Below are positions 1 to 13,300 of a stretch of DNA of 64,000 nucleotides, in pieces. This DNA is from Eledone cirrhosa (lineage: Eukaryota). The notes under the pieces were generated by a model. The model saw only the letters and a list, made by a program, of their open reading frames with translations. It did not search any database and was not told the origin of the DNA. Both the position numbers and the translations under genes were made by a program. The stretch lies in assembly GCA_964016885.1 (NCBI GenBank), contig OZ024741.1:190340001-190404000 (forward strand), given 5' to 3'. Each line of letters starts with the position of its first letter. The first letter of the stretch is position 1.

Positions 1-996
1 CGACAATTTGGATGTTAAATTTCAGGAAGAATTCATTGAACTTCAAGCAAATGACACGATGAAAATTAGATTTCCCAAAATAGGTGAACCCCTTTTTGGA
101 ATGCAAGAGGAAATTCAGCGTCGATTTCCACACCTACATGCAGAGGCTAAGAGATTTGCTCTGCTTTTTCCAAGCTCATACTTAGTTGAGAGGAGGTTTG
201 ATGCTGTTTCCAGACTGCACAGTAAGTCTCTCAACCGCTACAATGTAATTACACGTGGAGATCTCTGGCTACATCTTAGGAAAATTCAGCCTCACGTCAA
301 AGAGTTAGCTAGACTCCATGAAGCTCAAGGGTCCCATTGAAATGAGGTCAAAGTTAAAGTAAGTTGATTTATCCGAAAACTTGGATATGCTATTGTTACA
401 AAGCAAACTAACAATTTTTTTATTTGTAGTTGCAGTCTGACTGGACTGGAAACCATCTACTACAATTCACTTACTCATTTGTTGTATATATTTTACCATT
501 TACTAATAAATATGCTCTCCCGCATGGTCATGAAAACCCTCTTCCTTGGTCTCTAAGCTCACAAAGCAGAGGGGACATCAAGTTAGATATCAACATTTAT
601 TCTGTCCGTTTCATTAAAGGGAAAATTGGAAAGCTTTGAAATGATATAATTGCCACTTTCTTCCAGATAAGAGCACACTTGGGATAGACAGAGTTGCTCT
701 TGTATAAATGTTCAAAATAGCTGGTAACGCCTGGTGGGAATATAACAAATTCAACTGATCCTTTTTCAAAAAAAGAACATTTATGTTCCTTTTTTTGAAA
801 TTTATATATTTCCTTTCAAGGAATGTATTTATACTCTCAGCTGCCTGCAATGGTATCGTTGGAATATTGTTAATTTTTCAGTAATTTACTGATATCAAAA
901 TCAGTAGTTTATTGAAAAATGGAAAAAAAGGGGGGTGGGTTTCGTGATTTCGAGGGACCAAAGAGGGCGTTTGGCCTAAATGGGTTGAGAACCTGT
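1..996 (+). mobile_element. hAT (Charlie/Buster-like) DNA transposon 3' remnant; transposase C-terminal fragment at 8..340
   Basis: ORF 8..340 has LLFPSSYLVERRF...NRYNVITRGDLWLHL, resembling the hAT dimerisation-domain motif FPSxYLxExGFS...RGDLRL. A Charlie-like terminus GGGTTGAGAACCTGTG lies near 981-996. Confidence 0.65.
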
Positions 997-1158
997 GATG
1001 TAGAGTAATGTAAATGCTATAGGGTTAAGCAAACCATGATTTCTTCAAAAGTGATAAAGAGAGAGATGAGGAAGAGACGAAGAAGGAAGAGGATGATGAT
1101 GATAAGAAAAAATGAGCTGGAGTTGACAGTTGTTAGCAACAACTGAGGTATTTTTCTT

Positions 1159-1301
1159 TCACCAATCTAGCTCAGTGGGGTAGCACCCAGTTAAGCAAGC
1201 ATCACAATATCCACGTTTACCATCCTCTTCATTGAAAATAGCACCTTTTTTGACAGCTAAATGAAGCCCATAAACAGAGAGATATTCTAAGCTGTTGGCA
1301 C
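1159..1301 (-). CDS. PPAT: PPAT last coding exon ([13 protein letters not shown]...[17 protein letters not shown])
   Basis: Acceptor TAACAG|G; CxxC Fe-S ligands; TGA at 1159-1161. Confidence 0.96.
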
Positions 1302-4300
1302 CTGTTAATAAAGAAAAAAAAAAAAGAAAAAAAAAAATGACAAAAATAGACTAAACAATTTTATATCTACATATGGTCACTATTTGACTGTATTTTGTAC
1401 TACTATGAAGGAGTGATGTTAGAGCTGTGAAATCTTGCTTGCATTAATTTCAACTCTTCTTATTAATAACTGCATTGTTTCTTTTTAGGAAAACTGACAT
1501 CTGATTGTGCAAACAAAACTTCAAAAGTAATTAGTAGTAACTTCTCTTGAAAATAAAAAAAATTTGGCATTGTAGTGTTATCAAGTGCCTGCAGAAAAAG
1601 GGTTTAACTCCCAAGAATATTCATTCTGACATGGTTGCTATATTAGGGGATGATGCTCCAGCTTTATAATCAGTGCAAAAGTGGGTAGCTGAATTTAGGA
1701 GGGGAAGGGAAAGACTTGAAGATGACTTTAGGTCTGGATGTCCTGCAACTGCCACCGAGGAAAACATTGATCATGTTCACAATATGGTGATGGATGACAG
1801 GCGATTGACTATAAATCAAATAGCCAATGCTATCAGCATATCCTGTGTGAGAGTTGAGAATATTCTGCATGATGAACTTGGCATGACAAAAGTGTCTGCT
1901 CGACACCTGATCACCTGATCAAAAGCACACCAGACTAATCACATCATAGGAAAATCTGACATTGTTTGAGGCAGATCCAGTTGGTTTCCTTGAACGTTTC
2001 CTAACCTAGGATGTGTATTGGGTTCATCACTTTGAGCCAGAGACAAAGAGATAATCCATGCAGTGGAAACATCTTTCCTCTCCTGCTCCAAAGAAGGCGA
2101 AGGTCATTTCATCTGCAGGGAAAGTGATGGCCTCTGTTTTTTTTGGACGCAAAAGGCATTGTGTTTATTGACTGTCATCAAAAGGGCCACACCATCAATG
2201 GAGAGTACTATGCCAACTTGCTGAGGCAGTTATGAAAGGTCCTTGGTTTCAGTGAGTGCTATGTATGACAGTAGCTTTGAACTAGTTGATTACCCTCCCT
2301 ATTCTCCTGAATTGGCCCCATTTGGCTATCATCTGTCCTTCAATATGAAAACAGACTTGGCTGATCTGTTATTGATTACTTTTTTTACCAACAGGATGGA
2401 AGCTTCTTCACCAACGGGATCCGGGCACTGCAATACTGACAGAGAAAGTGTGTGGACAGCAAGAGGGACTATGTTGAAAAATAAACCTCATTTGGTTACA
2501 TTACATGAGTGTCTTGGCCAGCCTATGAAGGATTGATGCTAGAGCTGTGAAATCTTGCATGCATTAATTTCAACTCTTCTTATTAATAACTGTATTATTT
2601 CTTTCCAGGGACTATGTTGAAAAATAAACCTCATTTCATCATTCCATGAGAGTATCTTGGTCAGCCCATGAATTTTTCAGCTAACTCTCGTATATCTACT
2701 TATGTTGTCAGTATCTGAACGTATTTAATACCATTAATTATTGCTTCATTAATAGTAGCACAGCGTGTTAGTGCTATTGCTAATTAATCCTACCCAGTCA
2801 AATCTACACTATATGCAAATGAACTTTTCCAGCAGATTTTTTTTAGACAAAATGTATATAAGCTATAGCTCATTTTTATCTCAGTACCGAGCAAGTTAAA
2901 TGTCAATGATGATGGAAAGGAAATTCTGAAGCACCAGTGCCTGGTGTTCACACATGGCTACTGAGGTAACAGCTTAAAACACCGATAGTGAGACATATAT
3001 GTTTTTTTATACATAAACATATTGTATATGCCTTCATATACACTTCTATTGGTCAGTGTATCACTGCAGTTTGCACCACTAACTATTATATCTACATATG
3101 TGGTCAATGCTTTGTTGTAATATCTACCACATCTACATATGTGGTCAGTGAAATGGGATGGGCCCTTGTTGCTTTCAATGAAGAGTGTTCCAGCTGTTCG
3201 ATCAATGGTGCAACCTGCTCATGAAATTAACATGCAGCTGGCTGAGCCTTCCACTGAAACATGTACAATTAATGCAATTCTCAGGGAGAATCAGTATGAT
3301 ACAATGTGTGACACGGCTTCCCCTTTGAATTACAGGTACAGATGTGGTCAGTATTTGACTATATTTTGTACTATTAACTATTGCCTTTGATCATAAGTCT
3401 GCTGGATTTAAGATGATCAGGAGCAAAATAACCACACCACCCTTCACATAATTAGAGTTACTACCTGGTTACCCAACTTGCTAAAAACACCAGTCAAACT
3501 TTCCTTAACCTCCTCAGTGCCCTAGACGAAATAACTCATCCTAACATGTTTGAACTTATTTTCAACAGTCGATAACTTCAGTTATGAACTCGTTTCCAAC
3601 AGTTCATAACTTCAAAGCTAGATTGGGTTACTAGTTTATTGAAAATGGTCATTTTACTGAAAAAAAAAAAAAACCTGGCACAGCAACTGCAGCTGTATAA
3701 AATATATGTGGCAGTCAACAGATTAAACAACATTCTACAATCTTTTATAAAAAAGAAAAGAATACAGTAGATAACATAAGACTATGTTTGAAAAAAAAAA
3801 AAGAAGAGCTGACTAAACAAGAACTACACCACTTTATCATTATTATTATCGGTAGAGCGTTGGACATGCTTTGCAGCATAGAGTTACAGCCCTTTACATT
3901 CTGAGTTCAAATCCCACTGAAGTTAGCTTTGCCTTTCATCCTTCCGGGGTCAATAAAATAAAGTACCAGTCACGTACTGGAGTTGATTTAATCGACTTTC
4001 TTCTCCCACAAAATTGCTGGCCTTGTACCTAAATCAGAAACCATTATTGTTGTTAGGGTAGTGGATTGGTAGAGTGGTTAGAGCGCCAAGATCAACTTTG
4101 CCTTTCATAGTCAATAAAATAAAGTACCAGTAAAGCACTAGGGCCAGTATAATTGACTTCCCTTTCTCAAATTACTGGTCTTGAGCCTAAACTAGGAATC
4201 ATTATGAAAATCATGGCGGTGTAAGGAAGGAAAAAAAATGTGTCAGACACCAATTTTGTTATATCCTACTTTAGGAGTTCACTTTCAATAGCTCATAAAT

Positions 4301-7300
4301 ATCCATGTGAAATAGACCCTGCCAAAATAAAATTATTTAATTCAGTCGAACCTAAAAATCTGTAGCAAGCTGAATTTTTTATAAATTGCTTCCCTTGACA
4401 CTGCATTATGTATGAAGGGGAGATTACTCTATTGACAACACATAAGATGCTTAGAGCATGCTAAAGGTTAAATTGATTTTCTATTTGACTGACATTTTAT
4501 CGACATTGGAAAAATGAAAGGCAAAGTTGACTCCGGTGGGATTTGAACTCAGAACAATACCACAAGGTCTGATGTTTTAACTATTCCATCAATTCTCCAC
4601 TGTCTAAAATTGGCATAAGGCCAGTAATTTCATGCGAGGAAGTTGATTAAATCAATCCACTACTTGACTGGAATATTAATATATCAACCCTGAAAGGATG
4701 AAAGGTTAAGTTGAACAGCAGGATTTGAACTCAGAAAGTAGAAACTAAATACCTCAAAGTATTTTGTCAGACACTCTACTGATTCTGCAAATCTACTGCC
4801 ATCACTACCCTTATTATAACCATAATAAATATTCTTAGATTACAATACCATATATGAAAGAGAGTATGGTCAAGATGAGAAAAAGAAAACAAACACAAAT
4901 TTACCTAAATGTTCTGCCAGCTCAGTGGAACCATACTTGTTTGCAATCAACTCTTCCCTGGTTGGGATATTTATACCCATATAACATGGGTGTTTAACAG
5001 CTGGAGAAGCCACTCGTATATGGACCTGGGCAAAAGTTAAATCAAAGAAATTAATATCATCCACATCATCATATAGTATTATGACATAGAAAATTAATTA
5101 AATCTCCAACATAACTACTGCCATTACAACCTGGTCACAGTTGGAATACATCTTAACCTGGTCACAGCTGAACCACATCTCAACCTGGCAACAACTGCAA
5201 CACTACATCACAACATCTCAATCTGGTCACAGTTGAAACACAACATCTCAATCTGGTCACAGTTGAAACACAACATCTCAATCTGGTCACAGTTGAAACA
5301 CTACATCACAATCTGGTCACAGTTGAAGCACTACATCACAATCTGGTCACAGTTGAAACACTACATCACAATCTGGTCACAGTTGAAACACTACATCTCA
5401 ATCTAGTCACAGTTGAAACACTACATCTCAATCTGGTCACAGTTGAAACACTACATCTCAATCTGGTCACAGTTGAAACACTACATCTCAATCTGGTCAC
5501 AGTTGAAACACTACATCTCAATCTGGTCACAGTTGAAACACTACATCTCAATCTGGTCACAGTTGAAACACTACATCTCAATCTGGTCACAGTTGAAACA
5601 CTACATCTCAATCTGGTCACAGTTGAAACACTACATCACAATCTGGTCACAGTTGAAACACTACATCTCAATCTGGTCACAGTTGAAACACATCTCAATC
5701 TGGTCACAGTTGGGACACTACATCTCAATCTGGTCACAGTTGAAACAGTACATCACAATCTGGTCACAGTTGAAACAGTACATCACAATCTGGTCACAGT
5801 TGAAACAGTACATCACAATCTGGTCACAGTTGAAACACTACATCACAATCTGGTCACAGTTGAAACACTACATCTCAATCTGGTCACTGTTGAAACACTA
5901 CATCACAATCTGGTCACTGTTGAAACACTACATCTCAATCTGGTCACAATTGAAACACTACATCTCAATCTGGTCACAGTTGAAACACTACATCTCAATC
6001 TGGTCACAGTTGAAACACTACATCTCAATCTGGTCACAGTTGAAACACTACATCACAATCTGGTCACTGTTGAAACACTACATCTCAATCTGATCACAGT
6101 TGAAACACTACATCTCAATCTGATCACAGTTGAAACACTACATCTCAATCTGGTCACAGTTGAAACACAACATCTCAATCTGGTCACAGTTGAAACACTA
6201 CATCACAATCTGGTCACAGTTGAAACATCTCAATCTGGTCACAGTTGAAACATCTCAATCTGGTCACAGTTGGGACACTACATCTCAATCTGGTCACAGT
6301 TGAAACAGTACATCACAATCTGGTCACAGTTGAAACACTACATCTCAATCTGGTCACTGTTGAAACACTACATCACAATCTGGTCACTGTTGAAACACTA
6401 CATCTCAATCTGGTCACAATTGAAACACTACATCTCAATCTGGTCACAATTGAAACACTACATCTCAATCTGGTCACAGTTGAAACACTACATCTCAATC
6501 TGGTCACAGTTGAAACACTACATCACAATCTGGTCACTGTTGAAACACTACATCTCAATCTGGTCACTGTTGAAACACTACATCTCAATCTGATCACAGT
6601 TGAAACACTACATCTCAATCTGGTCACAGTTGAAACACTACATCTCAATCTGGTCACAATTGAAACACTACATCTCAATCTGGTCACAATTGAAACACTA
6701 CATCTCAATCTGGTCACAATTGAAACACTACATCTCAATCTGGTCACAATTGAAACACTACATCTCAATCTGGTCACAATTGAAACACTACATCTCAATC
6801 TGGTCACAATTGAAACACTACATCTCAATCTGGTCACAGTTGAAACACTACATCTCAATCTGGTCACAATTGAAACACTACATCTCAATCTGGTCACAGT
6901 TGAAACACTACATCTCAATCTGGTCACAGTTGAAACACTACATCACAATCTGGTCACAGTTGAAACACTACATCACAATCTGGTCACAGTTGAAACACTA
7001 CATCTCAATCTAGTCAGTTGGGACACTACATCTCAATCTGGCCACAAGAGGAACACTACTTCTCTATCTGCTCACAGTTGGGATACTACAACTGAACCTG
7101 TCCACAGCTGGAACACTACATCATTAGTGATGTAGATGAAAGTCTTTTGATTGATTTGTTGTTAGTATTTATAGGTATTATACAAAATGACTCAGCATTT
7201 CTCTGTTAAGCATTTTAAAATTAAATAAAAATGGAGGGAGAAAAAACAATTTGAGAAAGGGAGCCTGTTGGGGTCTTACTTCAGTGGCTCCTGAAGACTT

Positions 7301-10300
7301 CAGTAGTTTAATGATAGGGGCCATCGTTGTTCCACGCACAATAGAATCATCAATAAGGACAATCCGTTTTCCCTTGAAATTCTCAGTCAGGGCACCAAAT
7401 TTCTTAGCAACACCAAGTTGTCGGAGTCTTAAGCTTGGTTGGATGAATGTACGACCGACATAGCGGTTTTTACACAGCACTTCACCATAAGGAATTCCGA
7501 GCTAGAATAAGAAAGAAGGAACAAAAATTATGTATATACGTAGAGAAAGAGAGAAACAAATATATTTCGATAGATTCATAGACAAGCTAGTTCTTTAAAG
7601 AATCATTAACATCAGTGGTATGATATATTATGACAAACAATGAAATAAGAGAACAAGCGTATTAATTTATTGTTTTATGATTGTTTCAGCTGAATGGAAA
7701 AGGTGAGCTGTATTTGCTGGCATCATTCAGAAACAATGACAAAAATGGTATTTAGTAATCAAAGGATTAATACATCATCATCATCGTTTAACGTCCATCT
7801 TCCATGCTAGCATGGGTAGGATGGACTATCCCTTTGTGAGGGATCAGGTCGCGGGACCGTGATTCGCTCACACAGAACTGATTTTGGCTTGGTTTCTATG
7901 GCTGTAAATAAAAAGATAACTGAGTATATAAATAACTTAAGTGAAAACAGTGATAGATAGGAGATGTATATTTGTTAAGTTATATGATGACGTTTTGTGA
8001 AGATGTAAGAAAAATCTGTTTGTAGGATTGGTTTGAGGGGAATATTTGTCAGGTAGCTGAGTTTACATAGACAAAAAAACCTGAATTAAGATAACACAAA
8101 AAACTTAATGATGGCTGCTTTTCCTATCACTAACCACTTAACTATGGGTGAGATCAGTGGCTCCCTACTTATCTGCATTGAGAACCATTTTTAGCAATCA
8201 TTGTTTCAATTTATCTGATGAGCCAGTGACCTAAGGAGTCAAACCATACTGTTATATAATGATGTGTAACTAAGAGTGTTTTTAGTCTGATCACTGGCAA
8301 AACATGTGTAATGAAATAAACATATGTTAAACTTCTATCTCTCTCTTTTGTTATATATATATAATCATTTAACATCCATTTTCCCAGCTAGCAAATGTAA
8401 GGCTCGTCTTCATGTGGGGCTACTGACCCATCAGATGGGCTGATGACTCCACATCTCCCTACATATGATCTCACACACTACCGAGTGCATTTTATTGTGA
8501 CACTAGCACTAGGGAGACCATCATGTCTTTGACACAACTGAAAGGTCCTTCCATCCCTTTCTTCGGCAAGCATTCTATGGCTGGAAACCCTTCCTAACCA
8601 CCTTACTGTGTGTACTGGGAACATTTTTCGTGTAGTTTACCAACACCAGGGAGATTGTCATGTACAACAGATCAACATCGAGCAATCATTTTTTCTACAT
8701 TATTGTTCTTATATACACATCAAAACGCATGTTCTACTAAATGTCACAGAAAGTCATTAAGACTGCATCCCTATTATAAATGCCAGTGGTTACATTTAAT
8801 ATTGACCTACATTAGTTAAACCATCACTTCTGAATCCAGTTGTGATATATATTTCTTAGAAAATGCTTCATTACTGTCTTGTCTGCTTGCCAGTCTCGTT
8901 AACAGCCAGGAATAGCAGCTACGCCTAAATTCATTAAGATAATATTACACTAGGTCATGTATAGAGAATTGCAGTAACTATAATGTACTATAATTATGTT
9001 CACTAGCAGAAAAACCACCCTACGGGTGGTTTTCTGCTAGCATGTGTAGTGTGTATATTGATATTATACGCAAGTATATATACATGTAGATATGATACAT
9101 CAAATAAAATCGTAATTGACAATATATAATACATAGAAATTGAACGAAGACTGTGTTACACTGTCTTATGTAATCAGTAACATAATCCATGATACATTAA
9201 AAAAAGACGATATTATATATAAACTGCATTAGGGGAAAATTAGTGACAGAAAATTAGTATGTTTATTTAAGTGATCGCCACCGGAAGTGTTGACATCACA
9301 CACTCTCTCTTTCTATATATATGGTAGTTGAAGTGGTGGTCGTGGCAACGATATACCGAAAGTGCAACTTTGAAAAGAAGTCAATTTTAAATTATTTATT
9401 TTTATGAAATCATTTTTGTTTACGAAATTTAGTAGATAAATTATGTAATATTCATTCATTATTTATTCATTATTTATTCAGAGTAATCCAACTTATTTTA
9501 CTAACAGGATAAAAAAAAAAAACGTACGCAGACCTTCCTTTATTATAGTTTAGATTCAGTTAGTCTAATGGAGTAAAAGAGCAAGTGGAAATATAAGAGC
9601 TACATAGCTTATTTATGTGTTTTGTTATGTAGGAACATCGGTATCATTACTGTAATTCATTATTTTTGTTTTTATTCATTCAAAGTTCATTTGGTTTGCT
9701 GCTTATTGATACAGTGTTTTGGATTGCAGTGTAAGTTTCAGCCCCTCAAAAGTAGTATTCACATAATAGTCAACTCCATAAATTTAACCTTGCAAACTAG
9801 TCTTAAAGAAATTTGATTTTTACATCAGTATATATATATATTATCAACCTCAGAATGATGAAAGGCTAAGCTGACCTCAGTGGTTTTTGAATTCAAATCA
9901 CAAGGAGCTTGAATAAATCCTGCAAGGCATTTTATCCAATGCACAAATGCACCTGCTAATTCCCAGGTCATTGCTTGACCTGCTAGAAACAGTAGATAGA
10001 TCTCCATGCAGTCTTAAAAAAACACACACACAATGTAGTTCTTGAAAATAAGATAGGATGGTTATAGCTAGAATGTTTTGGATCATAGGTCCAATTGATC
10101 ATGGTTGAACAATGAATTTTTGAAACAATAGAAAGTTTGGCAGGATCTAATAAAATAACATTCTTCATTATTTATCTGAAGTTTGGAACATAACTTAAAG
10201 GTTCTCATATAAAAATATGGTTGAAAGCTTTAACACTTTTGTAACCATACACTTTATTTCAATTAATGAGAAATTCACTCAAATTATTAATTGTTTCATA

Positions 10301-13300
10301 AAGTTCTTATATAAAATTATATTAGAAGATTTTATTTTAAATAGGAACCCTTTAACCCTTTCATGAGTGTATTTCTAATGAAATACACTCTATTTCAATT
10401 AATGAGGAATTACTTGAAGAACCTTAATGTAAAATGTTTTCTATGATAAAACTAAAAGTTGGTTTCAGATGGTTGGGTATCAGAACTGTTAAAATATAAA
10501 TCTAAACAAACTTATTAAAAAGATGGATGAAATATGGAAACACCATGTTCTGAGAAAGGTCTCTGCTTGAGAAGTTCAGACTTTTTTTCTTCATGGTAAA
10601 CTATACATGCTATATTTTAAAACTTTTATCAGCTAGCTTCTATTGAGGTGAACAACCATTTGTTGCTTTGAATTCTACAATTTAAAAGTTATAGCAATAA
10701 CATTTGACAGGTGGTTTAACACCACCATATTGCAGAATTTTGGTGAACTCATTCTTACCAGTCACTAATTGGATACTTTTCTCAAACCCATGAAGACTAA
10801 ATTTTTTTTTAGAGGCAGCCTTTATTTACTTCGTAGTTACATCACTAGGTTGTGAGATTTTTCTTGGGAGCTAACAGTGGCTCCCATTACTCCATCTCCC
10901 CTAGTAGTTTATTGCTATTGGTCCAGGGTTGTTTATTCATCCAACAGTAGCCTGCTTATATTACAACTAACCATCATATCTGGTGGCCATATTGCTATCC
11001 CATCTGCAATCTGTTCTCTAGCAGAACAGCTCTGACAGGACCTGCTGGAAGTACTTGCAGACTCTTCCTCCACGACCCCCTTAGGAATAAGTAGGCAAGA
11101 AAGAAGATTTAACACCACCAGCACAGTGTTTGGCTTAGCCCTTGAGTTTACTTAGTTGCAATCATTCTGACCAGACCTGTAGTTTAAGAATAACTTCCAA
11201 ACTTGAAGGCCCTCTAAGAAAGCCAGATATGCTGATGTTCTTCCTTTCATTAACCTTACTGTTAACATATTTCTAATGAAAGACAGTGCTCATGATTTTT
11301 TTAAATAATTAAGTATTTGAAAGGATTTTATCAACACTTAACTTCCTGTACCCATGAAATCACATTAGCAAAACATTCTTGAAAAGTACAAAACAGCATT
11401 ATGACTGCATCAAATGAAAAATTAGTTTTTATTTTACCATTGCAAATTTTTACAACAATCTGTCCATTAGTAAAAACATTTAACTAAACAGACCCTTTTT
11501 TTAGTTTATATACATATTTTCTGCTAAATCACTGCAGCATTTTAAGAGATAATGTAACTAACTTTCTCATTATTCATTTGGTATTTGGAGCATAACTTAA
11601 CAAAGGTTTTTATAAGAATGACAATGGACATTTTTTAGATAAATATAAACACTGTAAAACAAACAGCTTTGTATCACAAAAAATCAGGAGTGGTTTCAAA
11701 CAGTTTCATTACTCTGTATATACAATTGTATTTTTGTGGTAAAGGCTTTACCTCACATAATATCAAATCTATGAGATTTTGATGTTATTTATTTTGAGAA
11801 CAATACCTTAACGTCAGTATGAGTGTCTGGTTACAGCTGGTTTGAACAGAAAGAGGTGAGAGAATTCTGGTCAGATACAGCTGGTTTAAATGGGTCAAGC
11901 TAGATAAAATATAATTTAAACTTGAATGTAAAGGAGTTCTAAGTATGAGCAAGTTGCAAAGAGGAAGGCGCAGGCAGAAGTGGTGAAAGCTGATCCCTGG
12001 ATGCTAAACCTCACAAAGGAGATGACAAAAGAATGCAACAAGTGGTGAGATGCTGTTTTGGAGAAAATCCATCCAACCCAAGGAAGCATGGAAAAACAGA
12101 CGTAAAAATGATGATGATAATGATAATATAAGACATTTTAAACATTAACATTTCATTTTACGTCCGCTTTTTACCTGCTTGCAAGGGTGGGACGGGAACT
12201 GATTCAGGCTTGATTTCTACAGCTGGATGCCCTTCCTAACACCAACCTCATTTACAGTGAGTGCTGGGTGCTTTTTTTCCGTGGCGCCTACACGACCACT
12301 TTGCAGTGGAATGATATGGACCCCAGTTCCTATTATCTCATTTCTACAGCTGAGTAAACTGGAGCAATGTGAAATAAAGTGTCTTGCTCAAGGAAACAAC
12401 ACATCACCCGGTCTGAGAATTGAACTCACAACCTTTCGATTGCAAGGCCAATGCTCTAACCACTAAGCCATGTGCCTCCATGGACATTATGATAAAAGAT
12501 ACTTTCTCAAAATGGTGCACAGTAAGATTGAGCACATAACTACGTGATTGCAAAAGCCTCGTTGATGGAACTTCACCCATCATTATTATCATTTGTGAAT
12601 ACCATAATTTGGTATTGTTTTACTGGCTGAACACACTCCCTATCATTAACCACTTAAGAGTGGAACTTGCATGTATTTATTGAGTCACCAACACGAGACA
12701 GGTCATCTGTCAGTACTGAAGTATTCAGCAGCAAGCAATAAATATGTGGTTCTTATGATACATGCTGTCATTAGGCCTGTTTCTCTTTTCTGTGTCAAAT
12801 TGAGGTTCATAATATCTTAAATAATTAGCATTCAACCAATCCTATAAAATCCAGTCATTTATAAAGAAAATCATAATAGAGCATGCCTAATATACCATAT
12901 TGCGGACACAGCCATGACCAAATGGTTAAGAGGTTAGCTTTACAATCATGAGATTCCAGGTTCAATCCTACTGTGTGGCATCTTCAGCAAGTATCTTTAC
13001 CACAGCCTCAGATCAATCCAAGCTGTGTCTCATTGGATGAAGTGTACCTGTAATTCAAAGGGCCAGCTGAGTCACACTGTGTCAAGCTGAATCTCCCTGA
13101 GAATTGCATCAAGGGTACACCTGCCTGTGAAATACTCAGCCACTTATATGGTGATTTCATGAGTTAGCTACCGTTCTATTGTTCAGACAATTGGAAGACA
13201 CATTATTAGAGTCTGATGGAGGTCCATGCACCCAGTCCACACTGATAAGTGGTTGGTGACAGAAAGGATATCCAAACAGGAAAAATCTCACAAAAAATTA

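Noticed and set aside
5366-7135. Long repetitive ORFs ([30 protein letters not shown]) and CRISPR-like appearance
   Set aside because: By-products of a 30-bp intronic minisatellite that is stop-free in several frames; there are no unique spacers or cas genes, and the context is eukaryotic.
10860-11250. GC-balanced intronic segment as a possible nested exon
   Set aside because: No recognisable motif or consistent splice sites; probably an old TE fragment.
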